A stretch of 64,000 bases of DNA from an uncultured Oscillospiraceae bacterium (GCA_964485815.1 CAZAJX010000003.1:12040-76039); one strand, 5' to 3'; shown: positions 26,008 through 35,032, counted from the first letter of the stretch. Numbers and translations are program-made. The notes: generated by a model not told the origin, from the sequence alone.

Positions 26008-27294
26008 ATGAAAAAGCTTTTATGCGCAATTCTTGCAGTTGCTCTCGTTTCAGTTCTTTTTCTGATACCCGCAGCAGCAGAAACAAACGTTGTATCCGTT
26101 GAATTCAAGGGCGATTATATTAAGCCTCTCGCAGCAGACGATCCCGCTCAGCTTTACGACGGCACTGTGCTTTCTGATGCAGACGCAGCAGAAGGCGACT
26201 TTAACAAAGCAGGTATCTTCCTTGTTCAGAACACCAACTGCACTTCCGAAGAGCCCTCCGAATGCACCATCGTTTTCGAGCTTGATTCTCTCCAGAGCAT
26301 CGATACCGTTTACATCAACTGGTACGTATATTGTAACGCAATGATCGGTCTTCCCCAGGATAACGCGCTTATCGTAGGTACCTCCAAGGACGGCGTTTCT
26401 TTCAATGAAATCCCTTGGACTATGGAAGGCGAAGTTGACCTTACCGCTTCCTATCAGATCGAAACCGTTGTTGATCTCGGCGCTCCCGTAGACGCAAAGT
26501 ACGTTTCCGTATCCTTCTTCATGGGCCCCAACGGTCAGGGTTGGGATAAGGTTTCCTGGGAATGGATCGGCCTTACCGAGCTTGGCGCAGGCCTTAAGTC
26601 CGAACAGGGCGACAACAAGTACAATGAAGTAAGCCAGGAAGAATCCGTAGACCTCGACACTATCGAGCCTATCGTTGAAATTCCCCAGGGCGCAAGCTAC
26701 ATCAAGCACGTTCCCTTCAACAAGTCTATCGTAACCGATTCCAACACCATCATCACCGACCCCACCAACCTCGCTACATACAACGTAGCTTGGTCCGGCT
26801 GCGTACTTCTCAGACCTACCGAAACCGAAGGTCAGTACTCCGTAGTAGAAGTTTATACCGGCACCGGCGACTATGAATTCGCATTTGCAGACGTTCAGGA
26901 AGGCGATATCGCTCTCGCAGTTCACGGCGAAAGCACCGAGCCCGCAGCAAACAAGGCAGCGCTCACTGCTCTCGTTGCAGGCGACATCGTATACTTCGCA
27001 GGCTACAACTTCGCAGAACAGACTCACGAAACCGGCGCAGTAGTTTACTACGCAGTTCCCGCTGAACAGCCCGACGAACCCTCCGAAGAACCTTCTGATG
27101 AGCCCTCCGAAGAACCCTCCGAAGAGCCTTCCGAAGAGTCCGAAGAAGACACTTCCGTTCCCGCAACCAACAATTCCGATGATACTTCCGATAAGGAAGG
27201 CGGCAACACCGGTCTTATCATCGGTATCGTAGTAGCAGTAGTTGTTATTGCAGTTGTTGCAGTAGTAGTTGTTGTTGCAAAGAAAAAGAAGTAA
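26008..27294 (+). CDS. Tail-anchored surface protein B (paralogue of A)
   Basis: Same architecture as A, with roughly half of positions identical by eye. The last 50 or so residues (SEEDTSVPATNNSD...NTGLIIGIVVAV...KKKK) are nearly identical to A. Confidence 0.8.
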   Translation: MKKLLCAILAVALVSVLFLIPAAAETNVVSVEFKGDYIKPLAADDPAQLYDGTVLSDADAAEGDFNKAGIFLVQNTNCTSEEPSECTIVFELDSLQSIDTVYINWYVYCNAMIGLPQDNALIVGTSKDGVSFNEIPWTMEGEVDLTASYQIETVVDLGAPVDAKYVSVSFFMGPNGQGWDKVSWEWIGLTELGAGLKSEQGDNKYNEVSQEESVDLDTIEPIVEIPQGASYIKHVPFNKSIVTDSNTIITDPTNLATYNVAWSGCVLLRPTETEGQYSVVEVYTGTGDYEFAFADVQEGDIALAVHGESTEPAANKAALTALVAGDIVYFAGYNFAEQTHETGAVVYYAVPAEQPDEPSEEPSDEPSEEPSEEPSEESEEDTSVPATNNSDDTSDKEGGNTGLIIGIVVAVVVIAVVAVVVVVAKKKK

Positions 27295-27426
27295 TAAAAC
27301 ACCCCAAAAAAGGTTTTTAGGTGTGTAATGCGTAACGGACGAAAGTGTTCTGTTAAAAACGCTTTTTCGGGAATCCCGAAATAAAACACTCCCAAAAATA
27401 ACAAAGGGAAACTACAAATTAACATA

Positions 27427-27461
27427 GAACAGAAAAGTCCGTTAAACGGACTTTTCTGTTC
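27427..27461. promoter_or_regulatory. 35-nt perfect palindrome immediately upstream of the glpA-like RBS
   Basis: GAACAGAAAAGTCCGTT-A-AACGGACTTTTCTGTTC with 17-nt arms. No clean U-tract follows. The ATG is at 27475. Confidence 0.6.
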
Positions 27462-27474
27462 TTGGGGGATTAAA

Positions 27475-28884
27475 ATGTTTGACGTTATAATTATCGGCGG
27501 CGGTGTTATCGGATCAGCCGCGGCGTATGAACTTACAAAATATAATCTTCGCGTGGCGCTGTTTGAGAAAGAAAACGATATCGCCACGGGCACCACAAAA
27601 GCAAATTCCGCAATAATCCACGCAGGGTACGATCCCGTGCCCGGCTCACTTACCGCCCGTCTTAACGTGCGGGGAAACGAGCTTGCCCACGAGATCTGCA
27701 AAAAGCTGGACGTTCCCTTCAAGGAAACCGGCTCGGTCGTTTGCGCCTTCGGCGAGGAGGACGATGAAACCGTAAAAGAGCTGTATGCCCGCGGTGTGGA
27801 AAACGGCGTTCCGGGGCTTCGTATTTTAAATAAGGACGAGCTTCGCGCCCTCGAGCCCAATATATCCGATGAGGCGACCTCTGCCCTTTACGCTCCCACG
27901 GCGGGAATTATCTCCCCTTGGGAATACGCCCTCGCTTTTGCGGAAACGGCGGTGGTAAACGGGCTTGAACTGCACCTTAACGAAGGGGTTACGGATATAA
28001 AGGAAAACACGGTCATTACCGAAAAAGGCGAGTACAAGGCAAAATTCATCGTTGCGGCGGCAGGCGTTAACTGCGCCGAGGTAGAAGGCTTCGTGCGTGA
28101 GCCCGATTACGTTTTGAAGCCCAACAGAGGCGAATACTTCCTGCTGGATAAAACCGCTTTCGGTATCGTAAACACCGTGGTGTTCCAATGCCCCAATAAA
28201 AACGGCAAGGGCGTGCTTATCTCTCCCACCGTCCACGGAAATATTATCGTCGGTCCCAATGCGGAAGCCGCTTCGGATAAAACGGATATTTCCACCACGG
28301 CGCAGGGGCTGGATTTCGTCCGCAACGCCGCTTACAAAAGCGTGCCCACACTCAATCTTTCCACCAACATACGCAATTTCGCAGGTATGCGCGCAAATAC
28401 AAATAACGAAGATTTTATCATACGTTTTGTTTCCCCCTGCTTCCTTTCTCTTGCAGGCATAAAATCCCCCGGTCTTGCATCCGCCCCCGCTATCGCAGAG
28501 TACGTGTGCGAGCTGCTGGGTGAAGCAGGACTTACCTTAAACAAAAAAGAATCCTATACGGATTCCCGTTCGGTCATCCGCTTCAAGGAGCTTTCTGCGG
28601 AAGAAAAGAACGCTCTCATTAAAAAAGACCCCGCATACGGCAGAGTTATTTGCCGTTGCGAAACAATAACCGAGGGCGAGATAAACGCCACCTTCAAAAC
28701 CCCCATTCCCCCCGTCAGCATAGACGGAGTAAAGCGCCGCTGTAACGCGGGTATGGGCAGATGTCAGGGCGGTTTCTGCGCACCCAGAGTTCTGGATATT
28801 ATTCACAAACACACAGGTATCCCCAAGGAAAAGATATTAAAGGACAAAGCGGGCAGTTACGTGCTTTCGGGAGGTGCGCTATGA
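27475..28884 (+). CDS. FAD-dependent oxidoreductase, GlpA-like (glycerol-3-phosphate dehydrogenase family) with a BFD-like [2Fe-2S] domain
   Basis: N-terminal DVIIIGGGVIGSAAAYEL dinucleotide fold. C-terminal CRCETITEGEI...RRCNAGMGRCQGGFC. Confidence 0.8.
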   Translation: MFDVIIIGGGVIGSAAAYELTKYNLRVALFEKENDIATGTTKANSAIIHAGYDPVPGSLTARLNVRGNELAHEICKKLDVPFKETGSVVCAFGEEDDETVKELYARGVENGVPGLRILNKDELRALEPNISDEATSALYAPTAGIISPWEYALAFAETAVVNGLELHLNEGVTDIKENTVITEKGEYKAKFIVAAAGVNCAEVEGFVREPDYVLKPNRGEYFLLDKTAFGIVNTVVFQCPNKNGKGVLISPTVHGNIIVGPNAEAASDKTDISTTAQGLDFVRNAAYKSVPTLNLSTNIRNFAGMRANTNNEDFIIRFVSPCFLSLAGIKSPGLASAPAIAEYVCELLGEAGLTLNKKESYTDSRSVIRFKELSAEEKNALIKKDPAYGRVICRCETITEGEINATFKTPIPPVSIDGVKRRCNAGMGRCQGGFCAPRVLDIIHKHTGIPKEKILKDKAGSYVLSGGAL

Positions 28885-30122
28885 GAGATGTTATAGTTAT
28901 CGGCGGCGGTCCCGCAGGTCTTGCGGCGGCTGTAAGCGCCAGAGATAACGGCGCATCGGATGTTCTCATTATCGAGCGCGACACCTGCCTTGGCGGAATA
29001 CTCAACCAGTGCATACACAACGGATTCGGACTCCACCGCTTCAAAGAGGAGCTTTCGGGACCCGAGTACGCTTCCCGTTTTACCGAAAACCTTGAAAATA
29101 TCGAGGTTTTAACGGACACGATGGTACTTGAGGTCACCTCTGACCGTATCGTGCGTGCCGTCAGCCGTGAGCAGGGCTATGTCGAGCTCAAAGCAAAGGC
29201 AATCGTTCTCGCAATGGGATGCAGAGAGCGTACCAGAGGTGCAATTTCTATCCCCGGCGACAGACCCGCAGGTGTTTACACCGCAGGTGCCGCCCAGAGA
29301 TACCTTAATATCGAAGGATATATGGTGGGCAAAAACGCTGTCATTCTCGGCTCGGGCGATATCGGTCTTATAATGGCGCGCCGTATGACACTTGAAGGCG
29401 CAAAGGTGCACGCCTGCGTGGAATTAATGCCTTATTCCGGCGGACTTACCAGAAATATCGTGCAGTGTCTTAACGATTTCGATATTCCCCTTTATCTTTC
29501 CCATACCATCACCCGCATCCACGGCAAAAACCGTGTGGAGGGTGTAACGATCGCCAAGGTGGGACCCGACCGCAAGCCTATAGCGGGCACGGAATTTGAT
29601 ATCGAGTGCGATACGGTGCTTCTTTCCGTAGGTCTTATCCCCGAAAACGAGCTTACCCGCGGCGCGGGAATCCCCATCGACCGCCGTACCAACGGAGCCT
29701 TCGTTTATGAAAATATGGAAACCCTTTGCGAAGGCATTTTCGCTTGCGGTAACGTGGTCCACGTTCACGATCTGGTGGATTACGTTTCTGCGGAGAGCGA
29801 GCGTGCAGGCGCAGCCGCCGCAAAATACGCTTTGGGCGACAAGGCTTCCGGCAGAGTTATCACCGTGGAAAACGGCGAGGGCGTTTCCTACACCGTTCCT
29901 CAATACATCCGTCCCGAAAACTGCGATAAGACAGCTTCCTTGTTCTTCCGTGTGCGCAACGTATACCGCAACAAGCGTATCGTGGTAAAAGACGGTGAGC
30001 GTGAGGTGGTGTCCTTTAAGAGAGAGCATCTCGCCCCCGGCGAAATGGAAATTATACCCGTTCCCGTCGCCCTTATGGGGGATGCGGAGCGTCTTACCGT
30101 TTCCATAGAGGAGGTAGAGTAA
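28881..30122 (+). CDS. NAD(P)/FAD-dependent pyridine-nucleotide-disulfide-type oxidoreductase
   Basis: MRDVIVIGGGPAGLAAA and a second GSGDIGLIMA fold. ATGA overlap with the upstream stop. The ORF-track start at 28761 is an upstream extension. Confidence 0.8.
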   Translation: MRDVIVIGGGPAGLAAAVSARDNGASDVLIIERDTCLGGILNQCIHNGFGLHRFKEELSGPEYASRFTENLENIEVLTDTMVLEVTSDRIVRAVSREQGYVELKAKAIVLAMGCRERTRGAISIPGDRPAGVYTAGAAQRYLNIEGYMVGKNAVILGSGDIGLIMARRMTLEGAKVHACVELMPYSGGLTRNIVQCLNDFDIPLYLSHTITRIHGKNRVEGVTIAKVGPDRKPIAGTEFDIECDTVLLSVGLIPENELTRGAGIPIDRRTNGAFVYENMETLCEGIFACGNVVHVHDLVDYVSAESERAGAAAAKYALGDKASGRVITVENGEGVSYTVPQYIRPENCDKTASLFFRVRNVYRNKRIVVKDGEREVVSFKREHLAPGEMEIIPVPVALMGDAERLTVSIEEVE

Positions 30123-30123
30123 A

Positions 30124-30465
30124 ATGGCAAATATAGTATGTATAGTCTGCCCCAAGGGATGCCGTCTTACCGTAGACGACAAAACCTTTGAGGTTACGGG
30201 CAACAACTGTCCCAGAGGCGCCGCCTACGGCAAAACCGAGCTTACCTCTCCCACCCGTGTGATCACCTCTACCGTAAAGGTGGAAAACGGCGATATATGC
30301 AGATGCCCCGTCCGCACCAAGGGCGCTGTCCCCAAGGGCAAAATGTTTGATATTATGGCGGCAATAAGAGAGGTTACCCTCGTGTCCCCCGTAAAGATCG
30401 GCGACGTGGTCATTCAAAACGTCTGCGATACGGGAATAGACGTTATTGCTACAAGAAATATATAG
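30124..30465 (+). CDS. DUF1667-domain protein
   Basis: CIVCPKGCRL...GNNCPRG... cysteine pattern and a 113-aa size. Third member of the conserved GlpA-like trio. Confidence 0.8.
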   Translation: MANIVCIVCPKGCRLTVDDKTFEVTGNNCPRGAAYGKTELTSPTRVITSTVKVENGDICRCPVRTKGAVPKGKMFDIMAAIREVTLVSPVKIGDVVIQNVCDTGIDVIATRNI

Positions 30466-30466
30466 T

Positions 30467-30496
30467 AAAAAATCCGTGGGAAACCACGGATTTTTT
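30467..30496 (+). terminator. Intrinsic terminator after the DUF1667 gene
   Basis: AAAAA-ATCCGTGG-GAAA-CCACGGAT-TTTTTT, running straight into repeat R7. Confidence 0.75.
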
Positions 30497-30575
30497 AATG
30501 AGGAATGATAAATGATAAATGAGAAATGATGGGAGTTTTTTGCACCGCAAAAAACAAATTTGTAATTTTTAATGA
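30497..30575 (-). repeat. Heptamer-armed repeat, copy R7 (degenerate right arm)
   Basis: AATGAGG, AATGATA x2, AATGAGA, AATGATG, then the GTTTTTTGC-ACC-GCAAAAAAC hairpin and CAAATTTGTAATTTTTAATGAC. Confidence 0.75.
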
Positions 30576-31094
30576 CTATTCTTTTACGGTTAAACTTGCT
30601 ACGATGGTATCGGATTTTTCCTTGATGGAATCATAATATTCGGGCAGGGTGGTAACCAACACCCAGGCGCAGATATCGCTTTCGGGAATATCTACCAGAT
30701 AACATACGTAGTAGTTTTCATCCCCGTCCAGCACGGCGGAAAAGACTGTGCGGATAATGGTTTTGCCGTTTTCCGTTTTCTTGGTTTCCTCTTCAAGAAC
30801 CTCGGTGTCTTCTCTGCGGGTGAAAATATCCTCGTTTTGCAGAGAATATATCTCCTCGGGAGTTATATCGCCCAGCTCTTCGTAGGTAAAGGGCATTACG
30901 CTGATATAGGTTTTGTAATTGGTTATCTGCAGGCTCCATTCGCCGCCGGTGTCCTCTGTAAATCCTTCGTCTGCGGTTATAACCATATTATAATCCGCCA
31001 CTTCAAAATCCTTGGGCGCGGGGTTGAACAAAGAGCATCCCGCCGCGGATAATACCACGCATAAAATCAATGATAATATAAGTGCTTTTTTCAT
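30576..31094 (-). CDS. Lipoprotein, unknown function
   Basis: Lipobox LSAAGCS. 4-nt overlap with the upstream membrane protein gene. Confidence 0.7.
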   Translation of the reverse strand: MKKALILSLILCVVLSAAGCSLFNPAPKDFEVADYNMVITADEGFTEDTGGEWSLQITNYKTYISVMPFTYEELGDITPEEIYSLQNEDIFTRREDTEVLEEETKKTENGKTIIRTVFSAVLDGDENYYVCYLVDIPESDICAWVLVTTLPEYYDSIKEKSDTIVASLTVKE

Positions 31095-31717
31095 TGTTGT
31101 ACTTCCTCTGTGTCGGGCGTAGCTTCGGGAGCTTCTGCGGGTTCGGAAACCTCTGCGGGTTCGGCAGCTACGGCTTCAAACTCTGTAACAGGTGCTTCCT
31201 CGGGCAAAATTTTAAGCTTGCGGTGGGCAATAATACCCATAACGAGATAGTATATGACCCAAGCGTGGAATACAATATCCACTATGCCGTCAGCGGCAAT
31301 GCCGTTAAATATCAACATTCCCACGGTGTCCAGCCCAAAGAAAACAAGGGCAAAAATAAGCCAGCCCACGCGGTTTTTCCTTGACATAAACCAAGCAAGC
31401 AGATACAAAGAAGTAAGTATTATCGCAAATATGAGCAGGGCTACGAACAGAGATTTATCGTAAAAAATATAATTCTCCAAAGGTTCAGCATAAAACTCGG
31501 GAGGCAAAAGTCCGCACTGGACCATTCCTATGGTTGTCAAAAAATAGGGAATAAATGCGGAAAAAAGGAAATATGTATCAGATCCGCTTACGATCAGGAA
31601 CATATTTATCGCCGTGGCAATAACCACAAGCAGCAGATTTGCTCTGGACGCATTGTATTTGCGCTCATAATTCTGGCGAGGCGTTAACGAAACACCCTGA
31701 TTAAATAACTTTGACAT
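31091..31717 (-). CDS. Polytopic membrane protein with acidic Pro/Glu/Ala C-terminal tail
   Basis: About five TM helices and a C-terminal EFEAVAAEPAEVSEPAEAPEATPDTEE. No family recognised. Confidence 0.65.
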   Translation of the reverse strand: MSKLFNQGVSLTPRQNYERKYNASRANLLLVVIATAINMFLIVSGSDTYFLFSAFIPYFLTTIGMVQCGLLPPEFYAEPLENYIFYDKSLFVALLIFAIILTSLYLLAWFMSRKNRVGWLIFALVFFGLDTVGMLIFNGIAADGIVDIVFHAWVIYYLVMGIIAHRKLKILPEEAPVTEFEAVAAEPAEVSEPAEAPEATPDTEEVQQ

Positions 31718-31786
31718 TTTTTAAAAACTCCTTTTTAAAATAAAACGGTTTGTTTATCTTATTATAACAAACAATCACAAACCATT

Positions 31787-31824
31787 ATACTCAATATATT
31801 GAGTATTGTCAAGAGGTTGAGTAT
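31787..31824. promoter_or_regulatory. Putative operator: 20-bp perfect palindrome plus a third half-site overlapping the HTH promoter
   Basis: ATACTCAATA|TATTGAGTAT (31787-31806), with TTGAGTAT again at 31817-31824. An extended -10 box TGTTAAAAT is at 31824-31832. Confidence 0.55.
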
Positions 31825-31848
31825 GTTAAAATCATTTCGGTGATAAAA

Positions 31849-32049
31849 ATGATTTCATATAGACCGTTTTACGAAACTCTGTATAAGAAAAACATTACGG
31901 AATATCATTTGATTTTTAAGCAAGGATTTTCCGCAAACACCCTGCACCGTATTAAAAAAGGCGAAGCGATCAGCACAAAGACGCTGGATGCCCTTTGCTA
32001 CGTTCTGGATTGCAAGGTAGAAGAAATTATTGAATTTGTAAAAGAATAA
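31849..32049 (+). CDS. Small XRE/Cro-type HTH transcriptional regulator
   Basis: About 66 aa. ITEYHLIFKQGFSANTLHRIKKGEAISTKTLDALCYVLDCKVEEIIEF fits the HTH_26-type pattern. The start could also be GTG at 31840. Confidence 0.75.
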   Translation: MISYRPFYETLYKKNITEYHLIFKQGFSANTLHRIKKGEAISTKTLDALCYVLDCKVEEIIEFVKE

Positions 32050-32374
32050 GTTTTTTGCGGAGCAAAAAACCGAAATAACCGTTTTCGAAACGCAACGTCT
32101 GTAGTAGCCGTGGCTTGGAATGAGCGATGGTAAAACGCTGTAGAAAACGTTCTTTACGAGCGTGCTGTAGTAATCTACAGCTAGCGAAGTAAAGACGTTT
32201 AAAAAACGCAAATAAAAAGAAAATTCCGTAGAATTTGTTTTCTACGGAATTTTTACACTATAATATATGCTGTGGGGAGCGGGACGTCGAGGCGCCGTCC
32301 CCTACATTCGGTGCAGAACCTTACTACATATTAATCTTTTTTGCGTTTTTGCTCTACAGTGTTTTACCGAGCGA
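32050..32374 (+). repeat. Extended mosaic repeat S1
   Basis: Starts with the GTTTTTTGCGGAGCAAAAAAC hairpin shared with R7 and R9. Contains GCTGTAG-TAAT-CTACAGC and ATTCCGTAG...CTACGGAAT hairpins and a GC-rich hairpin. Ends TTTTTTGCGTTTTTGCTC...TTTTACCGAGCGACTAATC at the stop of the Gfo/Idh/MocA gene. Colinear with the reverse complement of S2. Confidence 0.8.
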
Positions 32375-33430
32375 CTAATCGAGAACTATCTCACGACCAG
32401 ACTCGGAGGAGTCATACATCGCCTGCATCATCTTAGCAGTAACAGCAACGGTATCGATATGAGAAGGAAGCTTTTCGCCGGTGTGGATACACTCGATAAA
32501 GCGGTCGATCTCTTTCTGGAAGTGAGGCTCATCCTTGTACTTGGGCTTGAAGGAGCAGAGAGAGCCGCAGGAGGTGGTGTATACGGTGAAGTCGCCGCCG
32601 TAGTTAAGACGGATACCTGCCTTGGTGCCGATGAAATCGATATAGCTTTCGCCAACGCCGATATTCTGTGCCCATGCGCCGTTGAAGGAAATGGAGGGAC
32701 CGGAGGTACGAACGAAGCCGGAAACCATATCGTCAACGTCATAAGTACCGTTAACGTCCTTGGTGTCCTCAGCCCACATGCCTTCGTATACGTAGTTGGG
32801 CATATCTACGCCCAGCTTGGAGTATGCGTTACAGGTAACGGTCTTGGGAGTGGGGTCGCCGGTGCAGTACATAACGATATCAAGATAGTGTACGCCCCAG
32901 TCGATAAGTACGCCGCCGCCGGAGATAGCCTTGGTGGTGAATGCGCCGCCCAAGCCGGGGATGGAACGGTGAGAACGGAAGCTTACGTATACGTGGTAAA
33001 CTTCGCCCAGATCGCCGCGCTGAATAAGCTCACGAACTTTATTTACAGCGGAGTTAAAGCGGTTAACAACGCCGATATTGAGAACCTTACCGGTTTCGTG
33101 CTGTGCCTTCTGCATCTCAAGCGCTTCTGCATATGTTCTTGCAGCGGGCTTTTCGCACAGAACGTGCTTGCCTGCGTGGAGAGCGTCAATAGCGATTCTG
33201 GAGTGCTCTCTGTTGGGAGTACAGATAGAAACCGCCTCGATCTCGGGATCGGCAAGAACTTCTTTGTAATCTTCAACAGCTTTACCGCAGCCGTATTTAG
33301 CTACGCAAGCTTCTGCCTTGTGAAGCAGGATATCACAGAAATAAACGATCTCTGCTTCGGGATTGTTCATATAAGAGGGGATGTGTGCGCTGTTTGCGAT
33401 AGTACCGCAGCCGATAATTGCTATTTTCAT
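32375..33430 (-). CDS. Gfo/Idh/MocA-family NAD(P)-dependent oxidoreductase 1
   Basis: MKIAIIGCGTIANSAH Rossmann motif, GKHVLCEKP motif, 351 aa. Confidence 0.85.
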   Translation of the reverse strand: MKIAIIGCGTIANSAHIPSYMNNPEAEIVYFCDILLHKAEACVAKYGCGKAVEDYKEVLADPEIEAVSICTPNREHSRIAIDALHAGKHVLCEKPAARTYAEALEMQKAQHETGKVLNIGVVNRFNSAVNKVRELIQRGDLGEVYHVYVSFRSHRSIPGLGGAFTTKAISGGGVLIDWGVHYLDIVMYCTGDPTPKTVTCNAYSKLGVDMPNYVYEGMWAEDTKDVNGTYDVDDMVSGFVRTSGPSISFNGAWAQNIGVGESYIDFIGTKAGIRLNYGGDFTVYTTSCGSLCSFKPKYKDEPHFQKEIDRFIECIHTGEKLPSHIDTVAVTAKMMQAMYDSSESGREIVLD

Positions 33431-33519
33431 TATAAAATTTTCCTCCGCTTTTATATAGTGGTTACAATCTGGATTTTACCACAAGATGTAAAGAATGGCA
33501 ATAGATTTATTAAAAAAAC

Positions 33520-33548
33520 TTGATTTTTTAAGTAACCCGTAATATAAT
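33520..33548 (+). promoter_or_regulatory. Sigma-A promoter for solute-binding lipoprotein 1
   Basis: TTGATT, 17 nt, TATAAT. Confidence 0.5.
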
Positions 33549-33583
33549 ACATTTATGTAAAAATATGAAGGGAAACAGAACAT

Positions 33584-35032
33584 ATGAAAAAGATTTTTGC
33601 TATTGCACTTGTAGCACTTATGCTCCTTTCCGTGCTTTGCGCTTGCAACACCGTAGATCCCGACGTTCAGCAAGGCGCCTCCGTTACGGACGCTTCCTAC
33701 GGCGAAGTTGATTTTGACGACCGCGCAAACGTAAAGGACAACCTTCCCGAGAAGGATTGGGGCGGAAAGACATATACCATTCTTCAGCGTACAGAGAACG
33801 ATTACGAATTCGGTGTTGAGGAATTGGGCTTTTCCACAGTAAAAGACCTTATCTATGAAAGAGATGCGGTTGTTGAAGAGCGTTTCAACGTAGATATAGT
33901 TTCCAAGCCTATTAACGGCGGCTGGGGCGTGCACGAGGACTTTATAGATTACGTGCGCGATACCGTGGCTACCGGCTCCGTGGATTACGATATTATCGCA
34001 GGCTACGCCGCTATTATCCCTACTCTCATTGCAGAGGGCATCTTTATCGATTGGTACGATATCCCCTACGTTGATCTTGAGAGAGAATGGTGGTCCCAGG
34101 ACCTTGTTGATGAGCTTACCATAGACGATAACCTTTATCTCCTCTCTGGTGATATTTCCCTCCTTTTCTGGGAAAGTATGCAGGGTATGTTCTTTAACAA
34201 GACTCTTGCTGAAAACGCAGGTATCGAAAACCTTTATGACGTTGTACGTGACGGCGACTGGACCTTTGATAAAATGATGGAAGTTATCCGCACCGCCAGC
34301 GTTAAGGACGATAACCCCGATACGAAGGTATACGGCTATACCTCCTGCCTTACCACTCAGGTTGACGTATATCAGGACGCATTCGATATCCCCGTAACCA
34401 CCAAGGATGCGGACGGCAGACCTTACTTCACCATTAATCAGGAAAAGACCTATACCGCACTCCAGATGGTTTACGATCTCGTTTACAGCTCCGACGAATT
34501 TTACAAAGCTGCTGACAAAACCGAAAGCATAAAGATGTTCGGCGAAAACCGCGCTCTCTTCCTTCCCACTAAGCTGGGTAACGGCAGTATTATCAATACT
34601 TACGATTGCAACTTCGGTATCCTCCCCATGCCCAAGTTTAACGAGGAGCAGGAAAACTACCACTCCACCTGTGAGGACGATTATTCTCTTATGGCAGTTC
34701 CCATAACCAGCAAGAACAACCTTGAGTTTATCGGTATGATTACCGAAGCTCTCTGCGCACAGAGCTACCGCGCAGTTGTTCCCGAATGGTACACCGTAAT
34801 TCTTCAGAACAGATACACCAAGGATGAGGATTCTATCGAAATGATCGAGATCATCCGCGAGGGTATCCTCTGTAACTTCGGTTATATCCATTCCTATGCG
34901 CTGGATTGGCCCGCACACCAGTTCAATATCTGCATAAACAACGGCTCTATCGATTTCGCATCCAACTGGCAGTCCAAGGAAGCAACCTTCAATAAAAATC
35001 TTGAAGACCTGCTGGACGCTTATTTCGATTAA
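33584..35032 (+). CDS. Extracellular solute-binding lipoprotein 1 (family-1 / LplA-like sugar SBP), orphan
   Basis: Lipobox LSVLCACN and a 482-aa size. WW/aromatic-rich SBP-like sequence. Paralogous by eye to 38307-39803. No permease or ATPase genes nearby. Confidence 0.75.
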   Translation: MKKIFAIALVALMLLSVLCACNTVDPDVQQGASVTDASYGEVDFDDRANVKDNLPEKDWGGKTYTILQRTENDYEFGVEELGFSTVKDLIYERDAVVEERFNVDIVSKPINGGWGVHEDFIDYVRDTVATGSVDYDIIAGYAAIIPTLIAEGIFIDWYDIPYVDLEREWWSQDLVDELTIDDNLYLLSGDISLLFWESMQGMFFNKTLAENAGIENLYDVVRDGDWTFDKMMEVIRTASVKDDNPDTKVYGYTSCLTTQVDVYQDAFDIPVTTKDADGRPYFTINQEKTYTALQMVYDLVYSSDEFYKAADKTESIKMFGENRALFLPTKLGNGSIINTYDCNFGILPMPKFNEEQENYHSTCEDDYSLMAVPITSKNNLEFIGMITEALCAQSYRAVVPEWYTVILQNRYTKDEDSIEMIEIIREGILCNFGYIHSYALDWPAHQFNICINNGSIDFASNWQSKEATFNKNLEDLLDAYFD

